From NCBI GenBank assembly GCA_963514005.1, contig OY740814.1, positions 17,918,001 to 17,982,000 of the forward strand: DNA of 64,000 nucleotides. Direction: 5' to 3'. The DNA is from Raja brachyura. Taxonomy: Eukaryota. This document shows, in pieces, positions 33,481 to 47,152 of this stretch (within the stretch, counting starts at the first letter, position 1; every line of letters begins with the position of its first letter). A model generated the notes under the pieces. It worked only from the letters and a program-made list of their open reading frames with translations. It was not told where the DNA came from and searched no databases. A program made the position numbers and the translations under genes.

Positions 33481-35561
33481 AGAGAATGGGTCATGTCCCA
33501 TGTATATTCCATATGGAATGAAAATGGAAAACGCTGGATATCAGGCAGCATCTAATGAGAAAGAAATGATGAAAGTTCCAGTTTAATAAAGTGTATTTTG
33601 TATTTGGATGATTTGATCAGCTCAGATTGCACTTGAAATCATTTGTGTCGAATCAGTTCCTTGTGTAAAGAATAAAAGCAAAGCGTGCTGCAGACACTGT
33701 GTGTTGGGCAGCAATTGCTGGAAAGAGAAAGAGTTAATGTTTTGGGTCAAGGAACAGTTTGAATGAAATGTTACCCTTGTTTCTCTTTCCACAATATTGC
33801 CTGACCTGCTGAGTGTTTCCAGCATTTTCTGATGTTTTCAGATTTGCAGCAGCTGCAATTTTTGTTTTTGATTTACTTCTCCTTTTGAAAGGAAACAAGG
33901 AGTCAGATGTTTTTACTGACACAGCCCTTCAAGCCCAACAACAGAGGAAAGGCCTAAAAGGAATGGCCAAAATATTCATGAAATCTAAAATGTTCAGGCA
34001 AGCTGTAAACGTCTGCATCAACAGATATAACAATCTGCAGGCACTGCTTTGTTCTTAAATGTGCTGCTAGTTTTCAAGATTAAGATCCTGTAAAGACAAA
34101 CTATCTCGTAAACGTTTGGGCCAAAAGCACCTGAGCAGCAGGCTTTGTGCTGCTTGCACAACAGAGTAACATTAGTGGCAGGAGTAGCACACAGGTGCTT
34201 CTGATGGAACACCGCCAAGGAAAAGGCCACATAAATAAACCATTTGAACCCCTCAATTACATTACAACCTCGTAATCGCTCCCAGGTATCCACTATTCCA
34301 TACGTGGACCATCTGGAGTCCCTTGATTCGATTACAGCCTTTATCTCATTGCCAGGTATCCATTATTCTCTGTTTAAATGATGGAAAGTAACTTGACAAC
34401 TCCATTTTAGCATAAAACGGCGCCTTGTCCAATTTTGAAAAATTGGAGGATGAGATCTGAAGAGAGACCATAAAAATTCAAATCTAAAGTGTTTGCTCAT
34501 CATTATTAGAAATGTTTTCTGTCTGTTGCGTTGTGTTCTCGCTGCTGCTATATTTTTCATGTTTAGAAACTCTTTAATTCAGCTTGGAGCAAGTATACCG
34601 GAACGTGAATTGTGGGTGTGTTTGCTTGGCTGCTTTTCATTTTATTTGTAAATGATAACACGCAGAGATGAAAACCACATTAAAAACTGGTAATCTATTC
34701 TCCAGTGCAGATTTGTTGCATCTTTTCTATGATGGATATTGAATTTCATCAGAATTTGATCTCGGTTAGAAACTCAATTCTAATGTCATGCAATTTCTAT
34801 TCGGAATAATGCTCCTGAGAGCCTGTTAACAATTATTAAAATGGCAATATTGCAGCTTAAAATTTAAGAAAATTCGTTGTATTAATAACAGCAATATTTA
34901 AATGTTTTCTCCAGTGTTATATAAAGTTAAGTACACAATATCATTCAGATTCTCTTAGTAATCAAGCAAAATTCTGCTCTTGTGATTTGAGTAAAATGAG
35001 TTCTATCACTTGGATCAGGAATAGCATACAGCATAGATGGGGGTGAGCTTTGTGTGCTTGCTCTGGTATGAAGCCTTTCTGGAGGTTGTAGGTTTGTTAG
35101 GTCTACCCTGCGACAGCTCATACCAGCAGGGGTGTCCATTAAAATCGGTGCCAAAGCAAAGTGAAAGAAATTCACCCAGAAATGCCAACCCTGATCACAA
35201 TCATGTAACCTGTGCACATAATACCTGGTAACTGGGTGAGACATGGCTATGGAAATGTTTGCATTCTAGGAATGGTCATCTGGGTGATCCATTAATGCCA
35301 ACACCAACAAGAATTTGTGCTTGCAGTAGAAAAGAAGGTACAAGTTGGATCAGTAAACTAAAATAGGAAAATCTCTCATAATTATTAGTTTTGATAACGA
35401 TTATTACCTGTTTTTTTAAATTCTTGGTTGATAGGTAGTTGACAGGGCATTGGATTAAATAACAGCCGTTCAACTAAATGTATTCTGAAATGATTGGATC
35501 TGATGTGCTTCGTTTGAAGAAATCTAGTAACAGTTACAGTTCCCTGATCTATATAACATTT

Positions 35562-36208
35562 CTGGTAAACAAAAATGCTGGAGAAACTCAGCGGGTGAGA
35601 CAGCATAAATGGAGCAAAGGAATAGGCGACGTTTTGGGTCGAGACCGTTCTTCAGACTGATGTGGGAGGAGGAGCGGGAAAAAGAAAGGAAGAGATGGAG
35701 ACAGTAGGCTGTTGGAGAGCTGGGAAGGGGAAGGAAGGAGAAAGCAAGGACTACCTGAAATTGGAGAAGTCAATGTTCATAACACTGGGGTGTAAACTAC
35801 CCAGCGAAATATGAGGTGCAGCACCTCCAATTTGTGGTGGGCCTCACTCTGGCCATGGGAGAGGCCCAGGACAGAAAGGTCGGATTCGGAATGGGAGGGG
35901 GAGTTGAAGTGCTGAGCCACCAGGAAATCAGGTTGGTTATTGCGAACTGAGCGGTGTTGGGCGAATGCGATTGCCAAGCCTGCGCTTGGTCTCACCGATG
36001 TAGAGCAGTTGACACCTGGAACAGCGGATGCAATACATGAGGTTGGAGGAGGTGCAGGTGAACCTCTGACTCACCTGGAAAGACTGCTTGGGTCCTTGGC
36101 TGGAGTCGAGGAGGGAGGTAAAGCGACAAGTGTAGCATTTCCTGTGGTAGCAAGGGAAAGTACCAGGGGAGGGGGTTGTTTGGGTGGGAAGGGACGAATT
36201 GACCAGGG
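35562..36208 (-). mobile_element. Penelope-like element (GIY-YIG plus terminus), inverted relative to 31735-32495
   Basis: The reverse complement aligns along nearly its whole length with 31790-32460. Confidence 0.9.
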
Positions 36209-36528
36209 AAAAATTCTGGTCTCTTTTAATTGATTAAGCAGAATGGTAATATTATACGACCAAACAATTTCAAAGTGGATGTTTAACATACTGTACTCTA
36301 ATATTTGTAGTAGTTGGCTTTATAAAAGAGTAATGTCTTAAATAATTTCTGATTACAAACTGGGATGTTTTGTAGGATCTAGGGTATATTTGTGAAATCA
36401 TATATATTTTAATTAATGCATTAGTAACCTTGCATATTTCATTCGTTTGTTATCTTTGAGTTGACAATTAGGAACAGTATAGACCATAGAAGTGGTTTGA
36501 ATAATTATTGTTCTATCCTTTTTCTAAG

Positions 36529-36815
36529 GTGGCGTGGTGGAGGCATATCCACCGTCAGACAGTGTTACTAACCTCACCGTGGACATGCTGATAGAGCCAA
36601 CAGGGCAAATATCAATGGTGTCTTGCGGGGACCAGATCCACTCCACAAGTCCCCTGGAGTGCTGGGGCACCACCGTACCACAGTGCTCTGTGGATCCGAG
36701 CAACCTGCACTCGATGTGCGTAAAGATCGCTGAGGCCTGCAAATGCCGAGGAGTTATAGGTTTCTTCTCGATTGACCTGGTGACCTTCATACATCCACAC
36801 ACAATGGAGCAGCAG
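36529..36815 (+). CDS. IQCH: IQCH internal coding exon (287 nt, phase 1 to 0)
   Basis: Acceptor tttttctaAG, donor GTgagg. Peptide (G)[25 protein letters not shown]...[19 protein letters not shown]. Confidence 0.93.
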
Positions 36816-38904
36816 GTGAGGTGGACCCAAATTGAGGTTCATATATCAGACTGACTAATAAAGATCTGGTTCCCTCGGTGGCAATTTAAAAAAAATTACA
36901 AAAAAAAATAACATGAAGCTTTGCGAGCATATCAGCTATAAAATTTGCTAAATGAGCTAATCCATCTTCTCAGGTCAGTGGACTAATTACAAACTGAAAA
37001 GGTTAGCTTTTGTCATGTGGGGATGCACACTCATATCATGTCCTAAGTATTATTTTAATTAATTAAATTGTACCTCTACCTAAATTTATATTTGACTTCG
37101 ATAAAGTAGCTCAATACTCATTGAAAGATTCATTGTAATAGGCATATAATTATTATGGTGTCTCTTGATCCAGAAGAACAATTTAACTGAATGCAATAAA
37201 ACTTATTTTCCTCCATCCGCTCCCCTCAAAAAAACTTGTTCTAATTAAATATAAAGTAATGGATAAGTGAGAATGATTACAAAGTTTTTCCAAGGTTTGT
37301 TGCTGGTTCTTGCTGAGAGCAGACTTGTCAGCTGCTGGTGTTGAGCTATTGCATTCCATACACCAGCTCCACTCCAATCTGAGGCACAGATGTATGAATC
37401 ATACCACTCTCTTCAGTGTCCTTATTACCATTTATTTTAAAATATCTGAAGGGATGGTCTTATTGTTTAAATGGTCTTGGGTATATATTGAATGTAATAC
37501 ACTCCAAGAGTCAAATCAAGAGTGTTTGATTGGCATATGTCCCAAAACGGAACAATGAAATTGTTCTTTGCAGCAGCACAGCAGACAATTAATGAACAAG
37601 ACTTAATTTGTTGGACTTCAATTTCACTTATCCAAAGCTTTCTATTCTGAAACTTAGCACAAGCGCCCCCAATGATGAAGATCCAAAAATATATGAGCAT
37701 GAGCCAGGTGCTGATTCCAATGCTGAGTGAGATGCAGATTGCCAAGATAGCAATTATGGTGTAATGACTAACTTCATCAGATGTGGCTGCCTGCACTCTC
37801 TAACTCACTTCATGCTGGTAGCCATTGCTTTAACCATAGTCTCTGGAAATACCTCTCTAAACCCCTCTACCTCGCTCTCTTTTTAAGATGTTCCTCAAAA
37901 TGTTTGCTTACAATTTTTGAACATTTCTTCTGATGTCTTATGTAATTTGCTATCAGGTTAATCATCCCGTAGAAGCCCACTGGGATGTTTCACCATGATA
38001 AAGGGCCCAATATTAAGTCACGGTGCAGGGAAAGTGAGTTGGGTTTATAAGGGGGGAGGAATTTAAATTTCAATAACTGGAGTGTAATCTAACCATCCAA
38101 CTCCAGTAAATGGAATCATTAATTGCCCGAGCTCTATAAAAAAGCGATCAATCAACTGTAGTGGCCATCAACTGGTAGCAATGTTGAGAATTATCCCAAA
38201 GGAGCGGGACATGATTCAGTCTCCAACCTTGCTGGTTTGTTTGGTTTAACATCAGCAATTCCCAAGATAGTTTTACTTAATGGGCCACCTGCTGGGTGTT
38301 TAACAGATACCTTGAACATATTGAAGGCTAACTTTGGAAATAAAAGCTTAACCAAACAATTCAACAAGAAACCAGGCACCAATAAATCTACGAGGGAATT
38401 CTGTACTCAGTTCTTCATCTAGCAAGCCGAGGCCAATCTTCAGATTCAGAGAGGGGAAGAGCAGGAGACTTTGGTGAACGTGAGTCAAGTAGTAAGACTG
38501 AGAGAAAATATTGCAACAGAATAAACTTGGAAAAAAACCAGAGCAGTGCGAGAATTCAAGATCTGTTGGTCTGTGATCTTAGATGTCTGAAAGGAAGGAG
38601 AAAAGGGGTCTTTAGTTGAAATAAAAGATACAAAGTGCTGAAGTAACAACAGGTCAGACAGTTCATTGGAAAACATGGATAGGTGATCTTTTGCGTCAGG
38701 AGCCTTCTGCAGACAGATTGCAGGGGATGGGGGAAGAAAGCTAGGAGGGGCAGGGCAAAGCATGGAGGGTAATAGGTGACGACCAGCAAGTGGGATTTGG
38801 TTGAAACATAGCTTTGAGGTAAAAGCGAGTAGGTAAGATGGTGTTGGCTGAGGTAGAAACTAGGGGACTATAATTGCCTCCTTCAATTTTGGCCTCTGCA
38901 CATT

Positions 38905-39322
38905 TTCAATCTCTTACCTTGCCGGAGATGCAATTGTTTTCCGGGTTGTATCTCCGGTCGCTCTGCGGCCTAACATCGTGGAGCTGGAGGCCTTGCTCGT
39001 GACTGACTTTGAGCCCCTCCACGGGGCGTGGACTTACCACCGGAGCCGATTCCTTGCCTGGGATCCACGCTCCAACCGCGGCCTGCGGACTTTAACATCA
39101 AGGAGCTTGCAGTCTCGCGTGGAAACCAAGTCGGGAGCTCCAAAGTCGCAGGTTTTGACTAGCCCGGCGGCGTGGGGAGCTGACATTGTGGTGGATGTTT
39201 ATGTTAAAATGTATTTTATGTGTTCTGTTGCTTTTTATTAGTATGACTGTATGGCAAATCAAATTCCTCGTATGTTGCAAAACATACTTGGCTAATAAAT
39301 TATGATTATGGTTATGATTATG
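38905..39322 (+). mobile_element. GC-rich non-autonomous retroelement, copy 2 (shorter at the 5' end and internally)
   Basis: Matches the reverse complement of 1134-1720. Tail caaattcctcgtatgttgcaaaacatacttggctaataaa(ttatga)n. Confidence 0.78.
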
Positions 39323-39399
39323 AAATCACTTTTGCATTTGGAGTAATTGAGGCAAATGGCATGGATATATTCAAAGGGAGGTCTATGAAGTACAGAAGG

Positions 39400-40910
39400 G
39401 AGATACAAGGAGCTGCAGATGCTGGTTTACAACACCAGACACAAAGTGCTGGAGTAACTCAGCAGGTCAGGCAGCATCTCTGGAGAATATAGATAGATGA
39501 TGTTTTGGGTTGGGCCCCTTCAGACTGAATACAGTGTATGGGTGGGTTGGGGAAGAAAGCTGGAAGAGAGGAGAGGCAGAACAAAACATGACCGGTACCA
39601 GCTTGATAAAGACGGGGGGGGGGGGGGGGGGGGGAGTTTTGATAGGAAGATGATGGAATAAGCCAGAGATGAAAGCACAGTAGGTTTGAGACAAAATAAT
39701 TGAACAATTCCAAATTGTGAAGGTGGAGGAAAGAATGTAGCTGGAAGGGGAGGGGTGCAAGAAATGAATGCGTGTACAAGGGAATAAAGTATAGAAGGAT
39801 ATGTTGATAGGGTGAGCAGAAGGGAAATAAGAGAATCACATAGAGCATGATCACCAGCGCAGACCTGATAGAATCGAGGAAGAACACAAAATAATTATAA
39901 ATTTGTTCTGTGCTATAGATACCTTGTGCTCTCCCTGAAATCTTTCCTTAGAGACAAAATGCTGGGGTAACTCAGCAGGACAGGCAGCATCTGTGGAGAG
40001 AAGGAATGGGTGACGTTTTGGGTCGAGACCCTGCTTCAAACTAGTCAGGGGAAAGGGAAATGAGAGATATAGACAGTGATGTAGAGAGATATACAGTAGA
40101 ACGAATGAATGAAAGATATGCCAAAAAGTAATGATAATAAAGGAAACAGGCCATTGTTAGCTGTTTGCTGGGTCAGTGTAGGACTGGGAAGGGGAATTAA
40201 AGTGTTTGGCAACCAGGAGATCAGGTAGGTCCAGGCGGACTGAGTGAAGGTGTTTAGCGAAACAATCAGCCAGTCTATTTTTGGTCTCGCCGATGTATAA
40301 GAGTTCACATCTTGAACAACGGATACAGAAGTTGAGGTTGGAGGAGGTGCAAATGAAACTCTGCCTAACCTGAAAGGACTACCGGGGTCCCTGGACAGAA
40401 TCGAGGGAGGAGGTATAGGGGGGACAGGTGTTGCATCTCCTGCGGTTGCATCTCTCTACGGAAGGCGGAAAAGGGTGGAGATATCCCGTTGGAGGTGGCG
40501 AAAATGTGTGACGGCTGATGGGGTGAAAGGTAAGGGCTAGGGGGACTCTGTCCCTGGTGCGACTAAGGGGAGGGGGAGCAAGGGTGGAGCTGCGGGGTAC
40601 CGAGGAGACACGTGTGAGGGCCTCGCCTATGATGGAAGAGGGGAACCCCCGTTCCCTAAGGAGTGACGGCATCTCGGATGTCCTGGTATGAAACACCTCA
40701 TCTTGGGCGCAGATGTGGCGTAGACTGAGGAATTGAGAGTAGGGGATAAAGTCTTTGCAGGGAGCAGGGTGAGAAAGAAGAAGTGTAGTCGAGATAGCTG
40801 TGGGAGTCCGTGGGTTTGTAATAGACATCAGTCGGTAGCCTATCTCCCACATGGAGATGGGGAGATCAAGAAAGGGGAGGGTAGTGTCAGAGATGGTCCA
40901 AGTGAAATAA
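39400..40910 (-). mobile_element. Penelope-like fragments (termini at about 39400-39850 and 39950-40050; endonuclease/RT C-terminus at about 40200-40910)
   Basis: HPAPCKDFIPYSQFLSLRHIC...RERGFPSSII...RVPLALTFHP; reverse LYIGETK. Confidence 0.85.
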
Positions 40911-42796
40911 CCAATAACCGAGGGACTTGCTAAAATGTGCAGATGGCTCTTCCTAGGTGGGACTAGTGTCTAAATGTACAGATTCTGCACACAATAAGGA
41001 ATACTGGTGATAATTGTGCCTTAGTCAGCTTTGATCTCCCCCATCCATTCATGAAAACAACCCTTCAATAAATAATCATAGCTGAATGCGCTCAGCTGTT
41101 GAACAGACGACTGAAGTATTTTTAAGATTTATTTTTCTTGGATGTGAAGGTAACCGAGTGTTTCCCACAACGTAAGGAAAGTCGTGACCCAGAAAGAGAT
41201 ATCTTTGACATATAGTTCACGAAGAATTTGGGATTAGTATTTGATCTTTGAATGCATTAAAACATTGTCATGTGTGTAACCTGTTCTTGGATATCTACAT
41301 TGGATACAGTACAGCGGTAAGTAACAACAGAGAGAATTCATAGAGCTTAAAAACATAATTAAATATCATTATGCTGTAACTATAATTTGTAATTGAAAAC
41401 ATAAGTGGTTTCACATAGTCTTTACTGAAGTAATGTCTTAACGATTCTGAGACAAGATAGCCGAAATGCATTCATGCAAAAGTAGTTCTGGATTGTGTTT
41501 GTTTAATTCAGTGGTGAAGTTTCTGTTCTTGGGTGGTCAGCTGATTTGCCAGTAGGTGGCAGTCTCCATGGGTCTTGCAACAGACAGTCTTTGCAGCATT
41601 GGTCTAGAAAATTAGATTTTTTCACACTTCTACACAAATCTTTAAAATAAAAATCCTTCCCCCACATTTTTCATAAATGCTGTACTAAACTTAACTTTCA
41701 TTGCCTTCAGGCAAGCTGAAATAACCTCCAAAATAAAGCAAACTGTGCATTACATATCCAACTAATTTGTGCTTGTTTTTCATCTGCTTTATTTGAAGTA
41801 TTCTGATTATTTCTCTTCTCTAGACTCCCCCTCGCACTATGTCCACTGTTATTTACCCATGCTTTCATATTACTGAAGTTGGAGCTAATTGAACGAATGC
41901 TCACCCTATCCTGTTACTGCGGAGACGATAAGAAATGTAGAGCTCTTCAGGTTATTCTTGCTATCATTTAAAACCTCACATTCTTACTTACCTTGTCTGC
42001 GAAGCTGATGCTCTAACATCATAAGAACACATTAGAAGGTTTACGCTAACTAATATCCCTCATTAAATCATAAATGTTTTATTCTTTAATTGCATTTGTT
42101 TGCATTTAGGAGACATTAGGATACACAGCACAGGAACTGTCATAGCCCTTGAGCCTGTATGTCAATCAGTGAAATCACAACCGATCAGTGACATACTGTA
42201 AAAGATGAGGAAAAATCCATGCTGTCTGCTTTTGATGTGTTCAGTTTCAGTGATGCCCTGCACTGGAGACATGGACTCTTCTTCATTTCCCATGAAAACA
42301 TTGCAGGTGATCCTGAATAAAACAATCCAGCATTGCACCCAACCTCATAATACCTCTCTCCTTTGACTACCATGTAGCTTTAAGATTACACTGATTGATT
42401 TACCAGATCAAAAGTTAATGCACACCAAATTTCTTCTCTTTTGTTTAATGTGAATGTACTGCCTCAGGATTCTCCCAAAACAATTTCTCATATCCTAGTC
42501 GATCAGAGATTTGCAGTCAGTGCTAATCCATCCCAGCGAGGTGGTGGACAAACAGTGTGCTTCTTAGAAATTAAACAATCTAGGCGTCAAATATTCTAGC
42601 GCAGAAGGACTTAAGTCTCCCCTAAATTTAGCGACTGCTCTGAGGTAAGAAAGACCAAGTACGTCCGCAAAAGTACAGCTGGCAATGACCACACTTATAG
42701 CAGATTGAGTGGGCCGTGCATGAATTATGAACAAAATACAGGTAGGAACATAAAATGGCATAACATTTTGATCAGCCAATGATTTGTAATTGTAGA

Positions 42797-43005
42797 GAAA
42801 GGAACCGCAGATGTTAGTTTATACCGAAGATAGACACAAAGTGCTGGAGTAACTCGGTATTGGTTCTGGGCTTTTCTTATCTCCAGTTTCCTCCCCTCTG
42901 CTTTCAGTCTGAAGAAAGGTCCCGACCCAAAACGTCACTCATCCTTTTTCTCCAGGGATGCTGCCTGACCTGCTGAGTTACTCCATCACTTTGTGTCTAT
43001 CATCG
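42797..43005. mobile_element. MITE-like inverted arrangement of Penelope termini
   Basis: Arm gatagacacaaagtgctggagtaactcgg (42829-42857) pairs with ctgagttactccatcactttgtgtctatc (42973-43001); a degenerate hammerhead-like motif lies between them. Confidence 0.75.
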
Positions 43006-43844
43006 ATGTGTAATTGTGGATTGGGCTTAGTTTATGCAAGGTTCAAAGTGAAAGCCATAACCCAAACTATAGTTTAATTGAACATGTTCAAATTTGTTCA
43101 AGATTATGGGAGCATGAACCCCATTTACCCTTTACTTTATATTGTTAATTCCTGCACAGGCACAAATACTTAAAAATTAAAACAATTAAAAAATACAGCA
43201 GTTTCCAGATTTAATTTTATATCCTCTGAGGTTGCAATTTTGAAATGTTTTCTTGGAATAGTCACAAGGATTATCTGCCCTACTCCACAGTTCTAACTCT
43301 TTGAAATCCCTGGCAGTCTAGATATATGAAAAGCATTTTAAGATAAATCGCAGTGAAAGGTCAACATCTTTAGTATAGGGACATCACCAAATTTGAAATA
43401 GTTAGGTTAGTTATAAAAATATGCTACTTCAAGGAGGAAGAGCCAACCAACAGAGAAAAAGAATTCCACAGTTTTAATCCCCTGGGAAAGAATGAGTTAG
43501 AGCAGGAAATGATGTAATCAGTCCTGTTTCAGCTGACTGACGATTCAAGGTTTCAAAAATAAATTAGTTGAAGCAATCTGAGCCTGAGTCTGCTATTTTT
43601 TTTTCCAATCAGTTATTAAAACAACACCTTGAACAAATGCGCATTTGTACAGCGTCTTTAATATAGCCAAACATGCACAGTGATTCACAGAATTGTTATC
43701 GTATTAGACAATAAGACATAGAAATCTGAGACGGATAACTAATAGTTTGGCTATCGAGTGGTTTTAAGGATTGCCTTGAAGGGAAATGTGAGGTAAAGAA
43801 GCAGAGAGATATAGAGAGGGAATCCCACTGTTCAGGAAAGCTAA

Positions 43845-44420
43845 AGGCTGCAGATGTTGGGAATCTGAAATAAAAGATAAAGTGCTGGAAATTTTCTGGT
43901 AATCAGGTAACGTCTGCAGAGAGACAAATTTAATCTAGTGTACCACTCAGTGCTCAAGATATGGTCTTGTCAACGTTGGAGAAACCAAATACAGTTTGGG
44001 TGACAATTAGACTGCTTTGCAGAACACCTGTGTTTACTCTGCAAGGTCCTGGACTTTACAGTTGCCTGGCACCTGAATTGTCCATCCTACTCCAACTCTG
44101 ATCTCTCTACTTCTAGTATCTTATACTGTCCCAAATAGTACACTCAATGTAAGTTTAAAGCCAAGATTTACCTTCTAACTAAGTACATGATCTCAGGACT
44201 CAATACTGAATCTAACAATTTCATCTAACTGGGTTTTTGAGAGCATGTCTGATCTGACCACTTCCCTCTCCAACTCATTCTTTCACAAGGGATCAAGACT
44301 GTGGAACACTACTACCTGAAATGTTGATGATCTCCCAGCAGCATCTCTGCATAGACATTTACCTGGCCTGCTGAACATTTCCAGCATTTCCCTTTATTCC
44401 TGATTTCCAGCAGCTGTAGT
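43845..44420. mobile_element. Degenerate Penelope-like element
   Basis: NVGETKYSLGD..FAEHLC-like sequence at about 43970-44040, flanked by inverted terminal remnants. Confidence 0.55.
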
Positions 44421-45059
44421 GTTTCATATCCTAAGATTCCTGTGGGTTTTTTCCCATCTGTCCTCATCCATCTCCTAGCTTTGTCTTCTCCAGTCAGATC
44501 AGCTGTGATTACTCTCTCTCTTGGTGGCACCAATACCGTTTCTCTTGGTCTCCATTCTACTACAGACATTTCTTAATTTGCTCCACCGCACTTCCCTCCC
44601 ACTTTTCTGCTACTCAAAATGTTTAATTTTTAACCTTTTATTCTAGATCTTGGAACAATGATATTTGAAGGCATCACCTTTGATGGTGCACTGTTTAAAG
44701 ACAGGAATGCACAAGAAGTTGGAACTGAGAGGGTGTAGAGTTATGAAAGCTTGTTGGGCTGGAGGCAGCAGCAGATGTAGAGGTGGATGGTGGAAGGATT
44801 TGATGGGAAGTTTTACTTCAGTTTGTGAGCCATCAAATTTTTCTTATGGCTTTTGTGAAATGACTTTCCAAATCTTCTTTTAAAACTTTTTTTGCTGTAG
44901 TAATGTTAATGCTAAAACTCGTTGGTTGTTATTCAAATGTGAGTTATGACTTTAGTTATTTAAGGGAGATAAAACCTTGGATAGATGAGTCTTCGATGTT
45001 CAGTATTGACAACTGTTGATCGCATTGAGAAATCTCTGACTAGAGTAAGCACCTCCCAC

Positions 45060-45160
45060 CTGGTCTGAAGAAGGGTTTCGACCCGAAACGTTGCCTATTT
45101 CCTTCGCTCCATAGATGCTGCTGCACTCACTGAGTTTCTCCAGCACTTTTGTCTACCTTG
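45060..45160 (+). mobile_element. Short Penelope terminal fragment with hammerhead-type motif (45065-45092)
   Basis: ctgaagaagggtttcgacccgaaacgtt...gatgctgctgcactcactgagtttctccagcac. Confidence 0.8.
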
Positions 45161-45569
45161 CACCTGGAAAACTCAACATCCATTTTACCAACATCCAGCT
45201 TAAGATGAGGGGGGAACTCAGCACATCAGGCAGCATCTGGATGTTTCAGGTCCGACATTCTGAAGAAGTGTCACACCCAAAACTGTCCCAAGACTCATCA
45301 ATTCAAAGTTTTATCTCCTTCAAATACCTAACATCATTGCTTGCCCTTAAACTCAGCATAGTCTATACCCGTGAATGGTGTCATAAACATTTGAACCAGG
45401 GCCAGTTCCGATATATTTTTGCTACTACTGGAAAATTGGCCATGCCACTCAGTTGGATGGCAACATGGTGTACTACATATTTTGGGGATCATCTCATTTG
45501 GGGATAGGGAGGTCAGGGAGGTGGCATCTTAGTGATACTTTGACTGTTGAACTTCTTGCTTTCCTTGTT

Positions 45570-45870
45570 CAGTTTAGTTTATTGCCACGTGTACCGAGGT
45601 ACAGTGAAATACTTTTATGGTGATCTAACCAGTCAGCGGAAAGACTATGCATGAATACAATCAACCCATTGTATAGATGCATAAGGGAATAATGTTTAGT
45701 GCGAGGTAAAGCCAATAAAGTCTGATCAAAGATAGTCCGAGGGTCACCAATGAGGTAGATAGTAGTTCAGGACTGCTCTCTAATTGTGGTAGGATGATTC
45801 ATTTGCCTGATAATATCTGGAAGAAACTGTCCCTGAATCTGGAGGTGTGCATTTGCACACTTCTGTACCG
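45570..45870 (-). mobile_element. Rex/Babar 3' end
   Basis: Matches 25315-25612. Confidence 0.8.
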
Positions 45871-47152
45871 TATTTTGTGATAATGTTGCTTGTGTTGCTG
45901 TTCTCCATGGTCCTCGGGAGGTAACCAAAGGGAATTCCATGATTGACGGATGTCTGTGCCTCGAGAGAGATTATATTAGCATAGAACGAGGCCATTCAGC
46001 CTATCACTTTTGTCCTACAATTAGTTCTACAATGACAGCAGTCCATTCTTATCCTTATTTGTTTTCTCTTTTTTTTTACATTCATCTGTTCAAAATGCAC
46101 CCTTAAGAATAGAAAAAATAGTAGCTGGAAGAGGCTTAGAGTCTCTCCAGTGTGCTCTGTTACTCAAGTTGGGATGCAATCTCTACCTCAACTATTAACA
46201 CAACCCAAGTTTGCCAGAGGCAGCCTGTTGCCCATTCATTCTTTAAATGTTGTTTGAGAGTCTCTGACCTTCTTGATACCAATTCCGATATCAGTGAAAA
46301 TGTATCATATTTTGAAAATAATTTTAGGCTTTCTGTTGCCGACTAATCTACTGATAATTACCCTGCAATAGTCACCCACATGACCTGTGACATTATCAAA
46401 TTTGCGCTTGGGGGTAATTACTATAATTGATTTTCTTTAAGCTTATTTTCCTAATAATGGAAGAGTGGGGCTTTACCCAGTAATCTCATGGAATGAGTTT
46501 GTTCAGATTGATGTAGCTATTTGATAATTAGAATATTTGTTTTTATTCATAACAAGACTTTTGAATGAACACGCCTTTGATTATTGAATTTACTAATGAC
46601 CCTGCCTCTGCAAATGCTCACTTCATTGTCCTCTCTAGGATCAACTGGATGTTGAATAACACAGATTTGTTTAGCCTGTAGTTGAGCATTGTATAGTTTA
46701 TCCACACCAATACTACTTACTTCCAGTTCTCTGTCATTGTCCACTTCTGTTTTACCTCATTCACCCCATAATGGAATTGTGATCCAGATTCTATTCTTCT
46801 AATGCCTCTTTCAGCTCACATTCCATCTAACACAACTTTCATGTATAGAATTCCATATAAAGACGGTCCTTTTCTGACTCATTTTCATGGCATCTCTGCC
46901 CTGCTCGTCAACCGCCCGAGGCATTAGATTAGGAATCCATCTGCCAATTTGTAATGTCTTTACTTGCCCCATCCTGGCTGTGATCTCCACAGACTACATT
47001 TCTTCCTATATTCTTAGCCATTGACTCTGGCTAACATTGTATTCTCTTGAATACTGATTATGTTTTAGTTTAGTTTATTGTCACGTGTACCGAGATGCAG
47101 TGAAAAGATTTTTTATTGCGTGCTATGATGGGAGAGGGGAGAAGAACACCCC

